In this document: in pieces, positions 49,094 through 60,392 of the stretch
Layout of the letters: each line of letters starts with the position of its first letter
Numbering within the stretch: the stretch's first letter is position 1
Assembly (NCBI GenBank): GCA_016875915.1
Contig: VGOM01000002.1
Span: 23,263-87,262, forward strand
Length of the DNA: 64,000 nucleotides
DNA from: Chloroflexota bacterium
GTDB taxonomy: Bacteria > Chloroflexota > Dehalococcoidia > UBA2247 > RBG-13-53-26
Direction of reading: 5' to 3'
Translations under genes and position numbers: made by a program
Notes under the pieces: generated by a model
What the model was told of the DNA's origin: nothing
The model's input: the letters and a program-made list of their open reading frames with translations, nothing else
Databases searched by the model: none

Positions 49094-50155
49094 ATGAGCG
49101 TCCTGGACAGTCCTCCTCTCTACAAGCAACTGGACCCCTCGGGGATGCTGGGGCATCTTCACCGCTTCCCGGAGGAGTGCCGCCGCGCCTGGGACAACTC
49201 CATGCGGCTTGGCCTGCCATCGGAGTACGCCAGCGTCAACAAGGTGGTCATCTCAGGCATGGGGGGCTCGGCCATTGGAGGCGAGTTCATTCGCCGTCTG
49301 GCCGTTCTCGACAACAGCGTGCCGGTGGCAGTGCACCGCGACTACGGACTGCCGCCCTTCGTCGACAGGGACACATTGCTCATCTTCTCCAGCTACTCCG
49401 GGAACACCGAGGAGACCATCTCCTGCTTCACGGAATCCCTGAGCACCCCAGCGAGGAAGCTGGCCATCACCACCGGCGGGAAACTGAAGGAACTGGCGCA
49501 GCAGGAGGGATTCCCGGTTCTAGCCATAGACTATGCCTCTCCGCCCCGGGCGGCCTTCCCCCACAGCTTCGTCTCCCTGCTGGGCATCTTCAACGCTCTG
49601 GGACTGATCCGGGACAAGACCGCTGACTCCCAGGAGACGCTGCAGGTTCTGGGGTCCATCGCGGGGCAGGCGGGCCAGGGAGTGCCCCTGGCTTCAAATC
49701 CGGCCAAGCAACTGGCCACCCAGTTGCACGGCCGCGTGACTGTGGTCTATGGGGCCGGACTGCTCACGGAAGTGGCCCAGCGCTGGAAGACCCAGATCAA
49801 TGAGAACAGCAAGGCCTGGGCTTTCCACGAGGCCCTCCCCGAACTGAACCACAACGCCGTCGTGGGCTACCAGTTCCCGCCCGAGGTTGGAGCCGGAGCC
49901 GTAGTGGTCCTGCTCCACTCCCCGCTCCTCCATCAGCGTGTCTCTCTCCGGTACCATCTGACCCAGGAACTACTGGCCCGGCAGGCTGTGAAGCACAGGA
50001 TGGTGGAAGCCACGGGGCGGAGCGCTCTGGCCCAGATGCTGGGGATGGTCCTGCTGGGGGACTACGTCAGCCTCTATCTGGCCATGCTGAACGGTGTTGA
50101 CCCAACAGGCGTGCCGCAGATCGACTACCTGAAATCGCGCCTCTCGCAATCCTAG
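49094..50155 (+). CDS. bifunctional phosphoglucose/phosphomannose isomerase (SIS-domain, archaeal-type PGI/PMI)
   Basis: Two SIS domains (ISGMGGSAIGG; TVVYGAG) and the size and pattern of PGI/PMI. Confidence 0.7.
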   Translation: MSVLDSPPLYKQLDPSGMLGHLHRFPEECRRAWDNSMRLGLPSEYASVNKVVISGMGGSAIGGEFIRRLAVLDNSVPVAVHRDYGLPPFVDRDTLLIFSSYSGNTEETISCFTESLSTPARKLAITTGGKLKELAQQEGFPVLAIDYASPPRAAFPHSFVSLLGIFNALGLIRDKTADSQETLQVLGSIAGQAGQGVPLASNPAKQLATQLHGRVTVVYGAGLLTEVAQRWKTQINENSKAWAFHEALPELNHNAVVGYQFPPEVGAGAVVVLLHSPLLHQRVSLRYHLTQELLARQAVKHRMVEATGRSALAQMLGMVLLGDYVSLYLAMLNGVDPTGVPQIDYLKSRLSQS

Positions 50156-50246
50156 AGAGGCGTGTGACGGGAAGCCAGGCAGCCCCCTGGAGTATGTATG
50201 CCACTGCGGGGCGCGGCCTCCGCCGTGTGCCGGGCCGGGTGGCGAT

Positions 50247-50642
50247 CTACCTCTTGGTGTACTGAGGTGCCTTGCGGGCCCGCTTCAACCCGTACTTCTT
50301 GCGTTCCTTGATCCTGGCGTCCCTGGTCAGCAATCCGTACTGGCGTAGCACCGACCGCAGTCCCTCGTCAGACTCCACCAGGGCCCGGGCGATGCCATGA
50401 CGAAGGGCCCCCGCCTGACCCATGGCACCACCACCAACCACCTTCACCGCAGCGTCCATCTTGTTGAGAGTGCCCGTGACCTTGAGGGGCTCGAGGACAG
50501 CGTTCTGGAGGGCCAGGCTGGGGAAGTACTCCTGGAATGCCCGGCCGTTGACAACAATGCTGCCATTGCCGGCCAGCAGCTTCACCCGGGCTATGGCGGT
50601 CTTCCTCTTCCCCGTGCCGTAGGTGTATTCCGGATCAGCCAC
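50247..50642 (-). CDS. rpsI: 30S ribosomal protein S9
   Basis: Typical S9 sequence ending KKYGLKRARKAPQYTKR. Confidence 0.95.
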   Translation of the reverse strand: MADPEYTYGTGKRKTAIARVKLLAGNGSIVVNGRAFQEYFPSLALQNAVLEPLKVTGTLNKMDAAVKVVGGGAMGQAGALRHGIARALVESDEGLRSVLRQYGLLTRDARIKERKKYGLKRARKAPQYTKR

Positions 50643-50643
50643 T

Positions 50644-51075
50644 TCAGCCCTCCCTCTCTACCGTGATCTGAGCCTGGTGCGGGTGAGCGCCTTCGGCATA
50701 GACCTTCAGTCTCCTGGCCATGGCACGCCCCTGGCTGTTGTGAGGCAGCATCCCCTTGACGGCATGCTCAATGACACGTGTGGGATGCGTCTCCATCATC
50801 TTGGCAAAGGTGGTCTCTCTCAGCCCTCCGGGATACTGGGTGTGGTGGCGGTAGACCTTCTGCTCCGCCTTCTTGCCGGTCACCCGGACCTTGGCCGCGT
50901 TTATGACCACCACGAAATCACCATTGTCGAGGTGCCGGGAATACGCCGGCTTACCCTTTCCCTGGAGCAATGCCGCTGCCTCGGTGGCCAGCCTGCCCAG
51001 GGTCTTCCCTGAGGCATCCTGCAGATGCCAGCGGCGCTTCACATCCGAGCTCTTCACGCTGTATGTCATGATCAC
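50644..51075 (-). CDS. rplM: 50S ribosomal protein L13
   Basis: L13 family; adjacent to rpsI. Confidence 0.95.
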   Translation of the reverse strand: MIMTYSVKSSDVKRRWHLQDASGKTLGRLATEAAALLQGKGKPAYSRHLDNGDFVVVINAAKVRVTGKKAEQKVYRHHTQYPGGLRETTFAKMMETHPTRVIEHAVKGMLPHNSQGRAMARRLKVYAEGAHPHQAQITVEREG

Positions 51076-51827
51076 TCCTCAGTCTCCGTCTGGGACGGTG
51101 GGAAGTCTCTGTATTTCACGCTCATCAGGCACAAGCCTCGAGCGGGCGCGGTCGGCCCCACTACCCCGGGCTTGCCGGAGGCCGCCATGCTCCGGAAGTC
51201 ATCGCATTTGGTCTTCCCCAGGCCGACCTTCACCAGGCCTCCCACCGTATTGCGCACCTGGTGCGGCAAGAAGGAATCGGCCGCCATGTCGAAGACAACG
51301 AGATCGCCCCTTCCGGATACCCCGGCCTCGAAGACCCGGCGATGCGTGGACCGGCCATCCGCCACCGATGCGAAGGGGGCGAAATCGTGCCGCCCCACCA
51401 GAACCTGGCAGGCCTCGTTCATGGCATCAACGTCAAGAGGCCAGCGCACGAAATCACAGAACCCGCGACAGAGAGCAGGTGGAGCAGGCCGGTTCATGAT
51501 GCAGTACCGGTACTCCCGGCGTACAGCATGACGTCTGACATCGAATCCCATCTCGACCTCATAGGCAGCAGTGCTCGATATGTCCTTGGGCAGATGATGG
51601 TTCAGAGCGCTGACCCATGCCTTCAAGGGCAGGGTCTTGTTGGTCCTGAAACTGGCCACCTGTCCCCGGGCGTGAACGCCCGCATCGGTGCGACTGGCCA
51701 TGGACACCCGGTGTGCCTCACCGGTGAGTTTGAGCAGGGAGCACTCGACCTCCCCCTGAACAGTGGGGGCATTGGTCTGATACTGGGAGCCGTGGTATCT
51801 GGTGCCATCGTATTCCATAACTAGCAC
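51072..51827 (-). CDS. truA: tRNA pseudouridine(38-40) synthase
   Basis: TruA family: [13 protein letters not shown] and RTDAGVHA with the catalytic Asp. Confidence 0.9.
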   Translation of the reverse strand: MLVMEYDGTRYHGSQYQTNAPTVQGEVECSLLKLTGEAHRVSMASRTDAGVHARGQVASFRTNKTLPLKAWVSALNHHLPKDISSTAAYEVEMGFDVRRHAVRREYRYCIMNRPAPPALCRGFCDFVRWPLDVDAMNEACQVLVGRHDFAPFASVADGRSTHRRVFEAGVSGRGDLVVFDMAADSFLPHQVRNTVGGLVKVGLGKTKCDDFRSMAASGKPGVVGPTAPARGLCLMSVKYRDFPPSQTETEE

Positions 51828-51879
51828 AATTCTGGTCGGCTCCCCTGCGTTCCGAATACCACACTCCCCAAGGCAGCTT

Positions 51880-52233
51880 CTACTTCACCAACTCGATTAT
51901 GGCCATTGAGGCCCCGTCACCCGGCCGGGCTCCCAGCTTCAGGACGCGGGTGTAGCCTCCGTTGCGGCTGGAGTATCTGGTGGCCAGTTCGCCGAAAGCC
52001 TTGTCAACGGCCTTCTTGTCGTTCACCATCGTCAGAGCCCGCCTCCGGGCATGGAGGCTACCCGCTTTGCTCAGCGTAATCACCCTGTCCGCCAGACCTC
52101 GTATCTCCTTGGCCTTGGGCTCCGTGGTCACAATCCTCTCATACTGCAGCAGGTCGCCAACCAGATTCCGGTACATGGCCGTGCGGTGACTGCCACGTCT
52201 GGAGAACTCCCTTCCCGCGACTCTATGCTTCAT
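51880..52233 (-). CDS. rplQ: 50S ribosomal protein L17
   Basis: MKHRVAGREFSRRGSHR is a typical L17 N-terminus. Confidence 0.95.
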   Translation of the reverse strand: MKHRVAGREFSRRGSHRTAMYRNLVGDLLQYERIVTTEPKAKEIRGLADRVITLSKAGSLHARRRALTMVNDKKAVDKAFGELATRYSSRNGGYTRVLKLGARPGDGASMAIIELVK

Positions 52234-53188
52234 CTTCCTTTTCCGATCTCAGGCTCAATCCCATCTCCTGAAGGTGTTGCTGCAGTTCCTCCACCGACTT
52301 GCGGCCGAACTTCTTCAAGGCCAGGAGATCCTTCTCGCTCTTCTCCAGCAGCTCGCCCACCTTGCTGATCTTGTTCCTTCTCAGGCAGTTGAAGACGCGG
52401 GGCGACAGTCCGAGTTGCTCCAACGGCATCTCGTACTGCTCCACCGATACCCCGCCGATGGCCTGCTCCGCTTCGGTCGGGGGCGTCAGTACCAGTGAAG
52501 CGAAGGAGGCCAGCTGTTCCCTGAGGATCTGGGCGCTCTGGTTCAGAGCCTCAAGTGCGGGGATGGTCCCGTCGGTCCAGATGTCCAGAACCAGTCTCTC
52601 GTAGCCGCTGTACTGACCGGTCCGAACGGGTTCAACGATGTAGTTCACCTTGCGCACCGGAGTGAATATGGCGTCGACCGGGATGGTGCCGATGGGAAGA
52701 CCGTCGCCGTGGTCCGCCGCGGACAGGTACCCCTTGCCCAGCTTCACGCTCATCTCCACGTACAGGCTGGCCTCAGCCGAATCCAGTGTGGCCAGATAGA
52801 GATCCGGGTTGACCACTTCGAAATCGGCCGATGGCTGGATGTCGCCAGCATGGAGGATCCCCTCACCATCCGCCTTCAGGACGAGCCTGCCTTCGCTCTT
52901 GCTTGTGGACCGCAGACGGATGGCTTTGACGTTCAACAGGAACTCCGTCACATCCTCTTTCACGTACGGGATGGTGGAGAACTCATGATCGATGCCTTCG
53001 ATCCTCACCGAGGCCACCGCCGCCCCAAGGAGAGAGCCAAGAAGGACCCGCCGCAAGGCATTGCCCAGGGTGATCCCAAACCCGCTCTCCAGTGGCTCGG
53101 CAACGAAGCGTCCGTAGCTGTTCGCGCTCTCCACGCATTCAACTCTTGGCGTAACAAGATGAGACAAAGCTAAAGCCTCCTTCCGCAA
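52223..53188 (-). CDS. rpoA: DNA-directed RNA polymerase subunit alpha
   Basis: N-terminal dimerisation domain and C-terminal alpha-CTD (VEELQQHLQEMGLSL). Confidence 0.95.
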   Translation of the reverse strand: MRKEALALSHLVTPRVECVESANSYGRFVAEPLESGFGITLGNALRRVLLGSLLGAAVASVRIEGIDHEFSTIPYVKEDVTEFLLNVKAIRLRSTSKSEGRLVLKADGEGILHAGDIQPSADFEVVNPDLYLATLDSAEASLYVEMSVKLGKGYLSAADHGDGLPIGTIPVDAIFTPVRKVNYIVEPVRTGQYSGYERLVLDIWTDGTIPALEALNQSAQILREQLASFASLVLTPPTEAEQAIGGVSVEQYEMPLEQLGLSPRVFNCLRRNKISKVGELLEKSEKDLLALKKFGRKSVEELQQHLQEMGLSLRSEKEDEA

Positions 53189-53818
53189 TCACCGGGAGTA
53201 GTGCTCAACTATCAGCTTCCCATCGAACTTGGCGCCCACTTCGCCAGCCAACGGAAGGCTCAGGACCCGCCCCGAAAGATTGCTCTTGTCTACGTTGAGC
53301 CAGCTCGGAATGACCTTCGATTCGATCCCCTGCAGAGCGCTCTTGTAGGGCTCCTTGTTCAAGCTCCTCTCACTCCAGGCGATGGCGTCGCCCGGCTTGA
53401 CCAGGAACGAAGGTATGTTGACCCTTCGTTTGTTCACCGTAAGATGACCGTGAAGCACCAGCTGTCGCGCCTCATTCCGAGACTCGGCGAAGCCCGCCCG
53501 GTACACCGTGTTGTCCAAACGTCTCTCCAGCAGTTGTATCAGCGACTCACCCGTCTTCCCCGGGGACTTCTGGGCCTCGGCAAAGAGACGCCGAAACTGC
53601 TGTTCCAGGACTCCGTAGGTGTATCTGGCCTTCTGCTTCTCACGAAGTCGAACCCCGTAGTCGGACAGTTTCTTGGGACGGCCGCCGCGCCGCCGGCCAG
53701 AAACCATCGACCTCTTCTGCACAGCGCACTTTGGGCCCGCACATCTCTCCCCCTTCAACATGAGCTTCTCGTCCACTCGACGACACAGTCGGCAATTGGG
53801 TCCGGTATATCGAGCCAT
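53189..53818 (-). CDS. rpsD: 30S ribosomal protein S4
   Basis: MARYTGPNCRLCRR with the zinc-finger-like N-terminus. Confidence 0.95.
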   Translation of the reverse strand: MARYTGPNCRLCRRVDEKLMLKGERCAGPKCAVQKRSMVSGRRRGGRPKKLSDYGVRLREKQKARYTYGVLEQQFRRLFAEAQKSPGKTGESLIQLLERRLDNTVYRAGFAESRNEARQLVLHGHLTVNKRRVNIPSFLVKPGDAIAWSERSLNKEPYKSALQGIESKVIPSWLNVDKSNLSGRVLSLPLAGEVGAKFDGKLIVEHYSR

Positions 53819-53823
53819 CGCCC

Positions 53824-54195
53824 CTATACCCTCCTTCGCTTCGGTGCCCGGCAGCCGTTATGAGGGACAGGAGTCACATCCCTGATGCCGGTCACGCTCA
53901 GGCCGGCGATCTGCAGGGACCGGATGGCGGCCTCACGACCGCTCCCCGGACCTCTGACGTAGACCTCCACCTGGCGCAGACCGTACTCCTTGGCACGCCG
54001 CGCCGCCTGCTCGGCGGCCAACTGGGCTGCAAACGGAGTCCCCTTGCGGGACCCCTTGAAGCCGGCTGTGCCCGAGCTCCCCCAGGCGATGACGTTTCCG
54101 CCGCCATCGGTCAGGGTCACGATGACGTTGTTGAACGTCGAGTAGATATATGCCTTCCCATGGGGGACGACCTTCTTCTCCTTCTTCTTCGCCAT
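53824..54195 (-). CDS. rpsK: 30S ribosomal protein S11
   Basis: S11 family. Confidence 0.95.
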   Translation of the reverse strand: MAKKKEKKVVPHGKAYIYSTFNNVIVTLTDGGGNVIAWGSSGTAGFKGSRKGTPFAAQLAAEQAARRAKEYGLRQVEVYVRGPGSGREAAIRSLQIAGLSVTGIRDVTPVPHNGCRAPKRRRV

Positions 54196-54238
54196 ACCAC
54201 TCTCCTTGTCTGCGCCAGCCTCAGATTATGTCAACTCC

Positions 54239-54628
54239 CTACTTCTTGGCCACGCCGCGGCGTCTGCCTCTGCCGGCCACAGTCTGTCTCGGACCGCGTT
54301 TGGTTCTGGCGTTGGTCCGGGTGCGCTGCCCTCGAACCGGCAACCGCCGGCGGTGTCTCACCCCCCGGTAGCAGCCGATCTCTCTCAGCCGCCCGATGTT
54401 GAGGTTGATCTCCCTTCTCAGATCACCCTCGACGCGGTAGCCCTTGTCGATGGTGTCACGAATCCGGGACACCTCCTCTTCCGCCAGATCCTTCACCTTC
54501 TTGCCGGGGTCAACCCCGGCCTGGGCCAGGATGCGCCTACTGAAGGCCGGCCCGATGCCGTAGATGTAGGTCAATCCAATCTCAACGCGTTTCTCGTTGG
54601 GAATGTCAACACCAGCAATACGTGCCAC
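54239..54628 (-). CDS. rpsM: 30S ribosomal protein S13
   Basis: [10 protein letters not shown]; GTG start. Confidence 0.95.
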   Translation of the reverse strand: MARIAGVDIPNEKRVEIGLTYIYGIGPAFSRRILAQAGVDPGKKVKDLAEEEVSRIRDTIDKGYRVEGDLRREINLNIGRLREIGCYRGVRHRRRLPVRGQRTRTNARTKRGPRQTVAGRGRRRGVAKK

Positions 54629-54642
54629 TGGAAGCCTCCCCT

Positions 54643-54756
54643 CTAGCCTTGCCTCTGCTTATGCCTGGGGTTCGAACAAATCACCCGGACGATCCCCTTC
54701 CGCCTGACTATCTTGCACTTGTTACAGCGGCGCTTGACCGAAGCTCGTACCTTCAT
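54643..54756 (-). CDS. rpmJ: 50S ribosomal protein L36
   Basis: Hand translation gives [37 protein letters not shown]. Below the ORF-track size cutoff. Confidence 0.9.
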   Translation of the reverse strand: MKVRASVKRRCNKCKIVRRKGIVRVICSNPRHKQRQG

Positions 54757-54773
54757 CTGACTGTCTCCAAACC

Positions 54774-54992
54774 CTACTTGAAACGGTAGACTACCCTGCC
54801 GCGGCCCAGGTCATACGGAGAAAGCTCCACCCGCACGATATCCCCCGGCAGGATCTTGATGAAGTGCTTCCTCATCCTCCCGGATATGTGGGCCAGCACC
54901 TTGTGCCCGTTGGCCAGCTCAACCCGGAACATGGCATTGGGCAGGCACTCCACCACCGTACCTTCGACTTCTATCCTTTCCTTCTTGGCCAT
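54774..54992 (-). CDS. infA: translation initiation factor IF-1
   Basis: [26 protein letters not shown]. Confidence 0.95.
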   Translation of the reverse strand: MAKKERIEVEGTVVECLPNAMFRVELANGHKVLAHISGRMRKHFIKILPGDIVRVELSPYDLGRGRVVYRFK

Positions 54993-55012
54993 GCTTGCTG
55001 TAACTGCGAAAC

Positions 55013-55762
55013 CTAGACCAGGGTCAGGATCTCCGCCTCGCCGTTGGTGACAGCCACGGTATGCTCGAAATGCGCGGAGAGACTGCCGTCGGCGGTGACC
55101 ACCGTCCAGTGATCATCGCCAACGCGGGTGCTCCAACCGCCGCTGTTCACCATCGGCTCAATAGCCAGCGTCATGCCCCTGCGAAGGCGGGGGCCATGCC
55201 CCGGCCTGCCGAAATTGGGTATCTGGGGCTCCTCATGCATCTCTCGACCGATCCCATGTCCGGTATACTCTCTCACCACCGAGAACCCGTTCGATTCAAC
55301 ATAGTCCTGAATGGCCGCGGAGATGTCCCCGAGGCGTGCATTCTCCTTGGCCGCGGCAATGCCGGCCCCCAGAGAACCCTCTGTGACCTCCAGCAGCCTC
55401 CTGGCCTCGGCGCTGATCGTACCCACTCCCACCGTCATGGCCGCATCCCCCTGGAAGCCATTGTGCACCACACCCACGTCAATGGAGAGCACATCTCCCT
55501 CCCGGAGGATCCGCTCTCCGGGGATGCCATGGACCACCTCATCATTGATCGAGGTGCAGATGTGAGCCGGAAACCCGCGATAGCCTTTGAAAGAGGACTT
55601 CACTCTGTACCTGGTCAACTCCTCGACACAGACCCTGTCCAGATCAGCCGTTCTCACCCCCGGTCTGACTTCCGCAGCCAGCCTTTGTAGTATCCTGGCC
55701 ACGATCCTGCCCGCTTCCCGCATGGCGGCGATTTCATCATCCGACTTAGTGCCTATGGCCAT
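55013..55762 (-). CDS. map: type I methionine aminopeptidase
   Basis: M24 metal ligands (D..D..H..E..E pattern) and the typical size. Confidence 0.93.
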   Translation of the reverse strand: MAIGTKSDDEIAAMREAGRIVARILQRLAAEVRPGVRTADLDRVCVEELTRYRVKSSFKGYRGFPAHICTSINDEVVHGIPGERILREGDVLSIDVGVVHNGFQGDAAMTVGVGTISAEARRLLEVTEGSLGAGIAAAKENARLGDISAAIQDYVESNGFSVVREYTGHGIGREMHEEPQIPNFGRPGHGPRLRRGMTLAIEPMVNSGGWSTRVGDDHWTVVTADGSLSAHFEHTVAVTNGEAEILTLV

Positions 55763-56399
55763 CCTGTCTCAATCGGAGCCTGGCCACGAGATCCTTGTTC
55801 ACCGTCTCTATCGGCCTCTCCCCGGCGATCTCAACCAGCCTTCCCTTCCTCCGGTAGTACTCCACCAGAGGAGCCGTCTGTTCCAAATAGACCTCCAGCC
55901 TCTTCTCGGCGGTTTCCACCGTGTCGTCGGGACGCTGATACAGCTCCCCTCCGCAGTTGTCGCACCTGCCGGCCTTCTTGGGCGGAGATGTCACCAGGTG
56001 ATACGGCTTCTGACACTGGCGGCATATCCAGCGTCCGCTCAGACGCTTGAGCAGTTCACCGCGCGAGACCTCGATGTAGACCGCCTTGTCTATGCCGCCC
56101 TCTCCCAGCGCCTTGTCCAGGGACTCCGCCTGCTCCAGCGTCCGGGGGAAGCCATCGAATATGACCCCCGCCTTGTTGCCCGCGATCCGCTCCAGGACCA
56201 TCCTGATGACCACCTCGTCGGGAACCAGCAGTCCCTTTTCCATATGCGACTTGGCCAGCTTGCCCAGCTCTGTGCCCTCTTTCTCGGCCTGGCGGAACAG
56301 ATCTCCCGATGACAGGTGCATCATGCCCGTAGCCGCCGCAAGCCGCTCCGCCTGCGTTCCCTTGCCCGACCCCGGAGCACCGAGCAGAATAATCCGCAA
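55746..56399 (-). CDS. adk: adenylate kinase (with zinc-lid CxxC...CxxC)
   Basis: MRIILLGAPGSGKGTQ; the lid contains CRQCQ...CDNCGG. Confidence 0.95.
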   Translation of the reverse strand: MRIILLGAPGSGKGTQAERLAAATGMMHLSSGDLFRQAEKEGTELGKLAKSHMEKGLLVPDEVVIRMVLERIAGNKAGVIFDGFPRTLEQAESLDKALGEGGIDKAVYIEVSRGELLKRLSGRWICRQCQKPYHLVTSPPKKAGRCDNCGGELYQRPDDTVETAEKRLEVYLEQTAPLVEYYRRKGRLVEIAGERPIETVNKDLVARLRLRQDGHRH

Positions 56400-56413
56400 C
56401 TTCTATCTCCCCA

Positions 56414-57727
56414 TCACTTGAGGAAGCCCTCGTAGCGGCGCATCAGCAGCTGAGCCTCAAGCTGTTTCATCGTGTCCAGGGCCACGCCGACCATGATCAG
56501 CAGACCGGTGCTGGAGATGGCCACAGCGGTGACATTGGTGAGATTCTTGGCAATGAAGGGCAGCACCGCCACCACAGCCAGGAAGATGGCCCCACCCCAG
56601 GTGATCCGGGTGGTCACCTGGCTGAGGTAGGTGGCCGTGGCCTGGCCGGGGCGAATCCCGGGCACAAAGCCTCCCTGCTTCTGCAGCGTCTCCGCCAGAT
56701 TCATCTGCTCGAAGATGACCATGGTATAGAAGAAGGTGAAGGCCAACACCAGGAGCCCCAGCACCAGCCAGTAGCTCCAGTGGCTGGTCCACGTGTACAG
56801 GAAATGGGCGATGTCACCGCCGATTCCGGAGGCGTTGGTGAAGTAGCTGGCGATCACCCCCGGCAGAGTCACCATGGAGAAAGCGAAGATCAGCGGGATC
56901 ATGCCTGCTGAGTTCACCCTCAACGGTATGTGGGTTGACCCTGACTGGCGGTACATCCGCCTGCCCCGAAAGACGCTCCTCGAGTAGTGCACCGGGATGC
57001 GCCGGGCACCTTCAGTGAACAGGACGATGAACAGCACCGTGGCCAGCCCCAGCACGATGAAGGCGATCAGCCCCGGCAGGTTGTCTCTGGCCGACATCTC
57101 CCCGGTGGCGACCATGCTGGGCAGACCGGCCACAATCCCGGCGAAGATGATGATGGACACGCCATTGCCGATGCCGCGTTCGGTGATCAGCTCGCCCAGC
57201 CATACCAGGAACATGGTGCCGGCGATCACGGCGATGATTATCGCCGCAACGCCCAGGGGGCCAGACGACTCAATGGCCGTTATCCCCGACTCATCCGGCC
57301 GGCTCAGAGTGACATAAAGAGCGTAACCCTGAAGGCCGGCCAGAGGCAGCGTCAGCCAGTGGGTGATCACATTGATCTTGTTCCTGCCCGCCTCGCCTTC
57401 CCTGGAGAGATTCTGCAGCTGGGGGATGACCGGCACCAGGAGCTGCATCACAATCGACGCCGTGATGTAGGGATAGACCCCCATGGCCACGACGCTGAAG
57501 TTCCTCATTGCCCCGCCGCTGAATATGTTCAGCATCCCCAGCAGCTGATTCCCTTCGAAGACCTTCTCCAGCGCAGTAGTGTCAACCCCCGGAGCAGGGA
57601 TATGGGCCACAAAGCGGAAGATGATCAGAGCGCCAATGGTGAAGATGAGCCTGGCCCTTAGATCAGGCAAGCTGAAGGCATCGATCATCGCCTGGATGAG
57701 GCGTGGCCTAGCTTGCCTTTGCTGCAC
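56414..57727 (-). CDS. secY: preprotein translocase subunit SecY
   Basis: 10-TM SecY topology with the conserved plug and hinge regions. Confidence 0.95.
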   Translation of the reverse strand: MQQRQARPRLIQAMIDAFSLPDLRARLIFTIGALIIFRFVAHIPAPGVDTTALEKVFEGNQLLGMLNIFSGGAMRNFSVVAMGVYPYITASIVMQLLVPVIPQLQNLSREGEAGRNKINVITHWLTLPLAGLQGYALYVTLSRPDESGITAIESSGPLGVAAIIIAVIAGTMFLVWLGELITERGIGNGVSIIIFAGIVAGLPSMVATGEMSARDNLPGLIAFIVLGLATVLFIVLFTEGARRIPVHYSRSVFRGRRMYRQSGSTHIPLRVNSAGMIPLIFAFSMVTLPGVIASYFTNASGIGGDIAHFLYTWTSHWSYWLVLGLLVLAFTFFYTMVIFEQMNLAETLQKQGGFVPGIRPGQATATYLSQVTTRITWGGAIFLAVVAVLPFIAKNLTNVTAVAISSTGLLIMVGVALDTMKQLEAQLLMRRYEGFLK

Positions 57728-58175
57728 TTCTCACCTCCTCCACTCTCCCCCCCACCGCTTCAATCTTCTCTCTGGCCGCTGCCGATACCTTCTCGGCCCG
57801 CACTACCAGCGCTCGGTCAAGAGAGCCCCCGCCAAGGAGCTTGAGAGGCTTTGCAGTTGATTTGATCACCCTGGCGCTCACCAGCTTCTCCCGGTCGATG
57901 ATGCTGTTGGGCTCAAAGACATTCAGCCTGCCCACGTTCACCACGCAGTACTCCTTCCGGAATATGTTGTTGAAGCCCCGCTTGGCAGGCAGGCGTTTCA
58001 CCAGAGGCAACTGACCGCCCTCGAAGTAGGGATGAATGCCCGGGCCGCTGCGCGCTTTCTGCCCCTTCATGCCCCGTGTGGAATACGTGCCATGGCCGCT
58101 TCCCAGGCCTCGGCCGACGCGCTTTCTCTTCTTCCTGGAACCACTGGCGGGTGCAAGACTGTCCTGTCTGACCAC
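57708..58175 (-). CDS. rplO: 50S ribosomal protein L15
   Basis: RKRVGRGLGSGHGTYSTRG. Confidence 0.93.
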   Translation of the reverse strand: MVRQDSLAPASGSRKKRKRVGRGLGSGHGTYSTRGMKGQKARSGPGIHPYFEGGQLPLVKRLPAKRGFNNIFRKEYCVVNVGRLNVFEPNSIIDREKLVSARVIKSTAKPLKLLGGGSLDRALVVRAEKVSAAAREKIEAVGGRVEEVRSAAKAS

Positions 58176-58360
58176 TACGCTTCTATCTCCTCAACCTTGA
58201 CCAGATGCTTGATCTTAAGGAGCATACCGCGAACGGAGGGTGAATCCTCTCGCTCGACCTTCTGGTGCAAGCGCCGCAGACCCAGTGCCTCGAGCGTACC
58301 TCTCTGATCCCGTTCGTAGCCTATGCAGCTCTTGGTCCACGTGATACGCAGTTTGGACAT
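58175..58360 (-). CDS. rpmD: 50S ribosomal protein L30
   Basis: [31 protein letters not shown]. Confidence 0.93.
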   Translation of the reverse strand: MSKLRITWTKSCIGYERDQRGTLEALGLRRLHQKVEREDSPSVRGMLLKIKHLVKVEEIEA

Positions 58361-58366
58361 CTATGT

Positions 58367-58870
58367 CTATCCCCTGGCAGCAGACGCTGCCTTTCTCTCA
58401 GCGATGACCTTGTCCGGCTCCCTCAAGCGGCTCAGCGCGACCATCGTCGCCCTGACTACGTTGGTGGGATTGGAGCTGCCCAGGGACTTGGCCAGGACAT
58501 CCTTCACCCCGGCCACCTCCACCACGGCACGCATGCTGCCGCCCGCGATAACCCCGCTGCCGGGCCTTGCCGGCCGGAGCAGCACATCGGCCCCGCCGAA
58601 CTTGGCCCGGATTTCATGCGGAACGGTTGTCCCCGCCAGGGGAACGCTGATCATGGCCTTCTTGGCCACGCTGTTGGCCTTCTGGATGGCCTGAGCCACC
58701 TCGTTGGCCTTGCCCATCCCTATGCCAACCTGGCCGTTCCCATCGCCAACCGCCACCAGAGCCCTGAACCTCAGGTGCTTCCCGCCCTTGACCACCTTGG
58801 CCACGCGGGTGACGGAGATCACCCGTTCGGACAACTCCTCCTTGGCTTCCGCTATCTCTTCACGCACCAT
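58367..58870 (-). CDS. rpsE: 30S ribosomal protein S5
   Basis: S5 family ([23 protein letters not shown]). Confidence 0.95.
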   Translation of the reverse strand: MVREEIAEAKEELSERVISVTRVAKVVKGGKHLRFRALVAVGDGNGQVGIGMGKANEVAQAIQKANSVAKKAMISVPLAGTTVPHEIRAKFGGADVLLRPARPGSGVIAGGSMRAVVEVAGVKDVLAKSLGSSNPTNVVRATMVALSRLREPDKVIAERKAASAARG

Positions 58871-58883
58871 CGTCTCACCAAGC

Positions 58884-59216
58884 CTAGAACTTCAGTCCCG
58901 ACGTCCTGGCTGCTTCAGCCAGAGCCTTCACCCGCCCGTGATACTTGAACCCATGCCGATCAAACACCACCTCCACCACACCCTTCTCAATGGCCCGCTT
59001 GCCCACCAAGCTGCCCACAGCAGCAGCCACCTCCGTCTTCTTTCGCTTCTCAGCGGCGATCTCGGGTTCGCAACTGGAGGCGCTGGCTATGGTCCGCGAC
59101 TGCCTGTCGTCAATGACTTGGGCACTGATGTGCTTCAGGCTCCGGGAAACACACAAACGAACCCGCGATTGATGCCTCAGTCTCCGGCTTGAGTCTCTCT
59201 TCTTCTTCAGTGCCAT
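58884..59216 (-). CDS. rplR: 50S ribosomal protein L18
   Basis: L18 family; position between rpsE and rplF. Confidence 0.9.
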   Translation of the reverse strand: MALKKKRDSSRRLRHQSRVRLCVSRSLKHISAQVIDDRQSRTIASASSCEPEIAAEKRKKTEVAAAVGSLVGKRAIEKGVVEVVFDRHGFKYHGRVKALAEAARTSGLKF

Positions 59217-59768
59217 CTATTTCTTCTTAGCCGCAGCCCTGCCGGCCTTGCCCGCCTTCAGCCGCAAGGTCTCTCCCACGTATTTGACACCCTTCCCCTT
59301 ATAGGAGTCGCAGCGACGGATAGCCCGGATCTTCGCCGCCGCCTCACCAACGGCCTCCTTGTCTATGCCCGCCACCTTGATCCTGTTCGTCCCCTCCACT
59401 GAAAAAGATATGCCTGAGGCAGGCGACACTTCCACCGGATGAGTGAAGCCTACCTGGAGGACCAGTTTCTCCCCCACCTTCTGAGCCCGATAGCCCACGC
59501 CGACCACCTCTAGGAGCTTCTCATAGCCCTTGCTCACTCCATCAACCATGTTGGCCAGCAGCGATCTGGTAAGTCCGTGCAGAGCACCAAGACCATCTCT
59601 GCTTCCCGTCGAAACGACTAAGGCGCCTCCTTCAAGAGCAATCGACATCTTCGGGTCAAAGGATCGACACAGTTCGCCCTTTGGCCCCTTCACAGTCACC
59701 TCGTTTTCCCTTATCTCCACCGCCACGCCCGGCGGCAGATCTATTGGCAGTTTCCCGACTCTCGACAT
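59217..59768 (-). CDS. rplF: 50S ribosomal protein L6
   Basis: MSRVGKLPIDLPPGV. Confidence 0.95.
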   Translation of the reverse strand: MSRVGKLPIDLPPGVAVEIRENEVTVKGPKGELCRSFDPKMSIALEGGALVVSTGSRDGLGALHGLTRSLLANMVDGVSKGYEKLLEVVGVGYRAQKVGEKLVLQVGFTHPVEVSPASGISFSVEGTNRIKVAGIDKEAVGEAAAKIRAIRRCDSYKGKGVKYVGETLRLKAGKAGRAAAKKK

Positions 59769-59798
59769 CGCAGAATCACCACATCATTCCGTCGCAGG

Positions 59799-60194
59799 TC
59801 ACCATATGTAGCACAGCAACTCACCGCCCAGGTGTTGCTTCCAGGCCTTCTGCCCCGCCATTATCCCCTTGGAAGTGGACAGCATGGCTATGCCCAGTCC
59901 CCCGTAGACGCGGGGGATTTCCGAAGACCCGACGTACACCCTGAGTCCCGGCCTGCTCACTCTCTTCAGGCCCAGGATCGCCGGCCGGCTCCGGTCAACG
60001 TATTTGAGGTGAAGCTTCATTGTCCGCCCCGGTTTGCCCTTCAGTATCTCGTAGTCCTGAATGAACCCCTCTTCCTTCAGGATCTTGGCCATCGACATCT
60101 TCATTCTGGACCAGGGTATCAGGACGAAGTCCTGCCTCACCATATTGGCGTTCCGTATTCTGGTCAGCATATCGGCGATCGGATCAGTAGTCAT
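59799..60194 (-). CDS. rpsH: 30S ribosomal protein S8
   Basis: Start moved to the internal [16 protein letters not shown] (131 aa). The upstream 56 codons of the track ORF are probably not translated. Confidence 0.9.
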   Translation of the reverse strand: MTTDPIADMLTRIRNANMVRQDFVLIPWSRMKMSMAKILKEEGFIQDYEILKGKPGRTMKLHLKYVDRSRPAILGLKRVSRPGLRVYVGSSEIPRVYGGLGIAMLSTSKGIMAGQKAWKQHLGGELLCYIW

Positions 60195-60202
60195 ACTATT
60201 AC

Positions 60203-60388
60203 TCACCAACTCGATTTCTTCACTCCGGCGATCTCTCCCTTGAGGGCCAGCTCGCGGAAGCAGATACGACAGAGGCCGAATCTGCGTATGTAGGCCCGTG
60301 GTCTGCCGCACAGGTTGCACCTGTTGTGCTTCTGCACCTTGTACTTGGGTTCCCGTTGCCATTTGACGATCTTGGACAGCTTTGCCAA
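60203..60388 (-). CDS. rpsN: 30S ribosomal protein S14 type Z (zinc-binding)
   Basis: 61 aa with CNLCGRP...CRIC. Confidence 0.93.
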   Translation of the reverse strand: MAKLSKIVKWQREPKYKVQKHNRCNLCGRPRAYIRRFGLCRICFRELALKGEIAGVKKSSW

Positions 60389-60392
60389 CTTG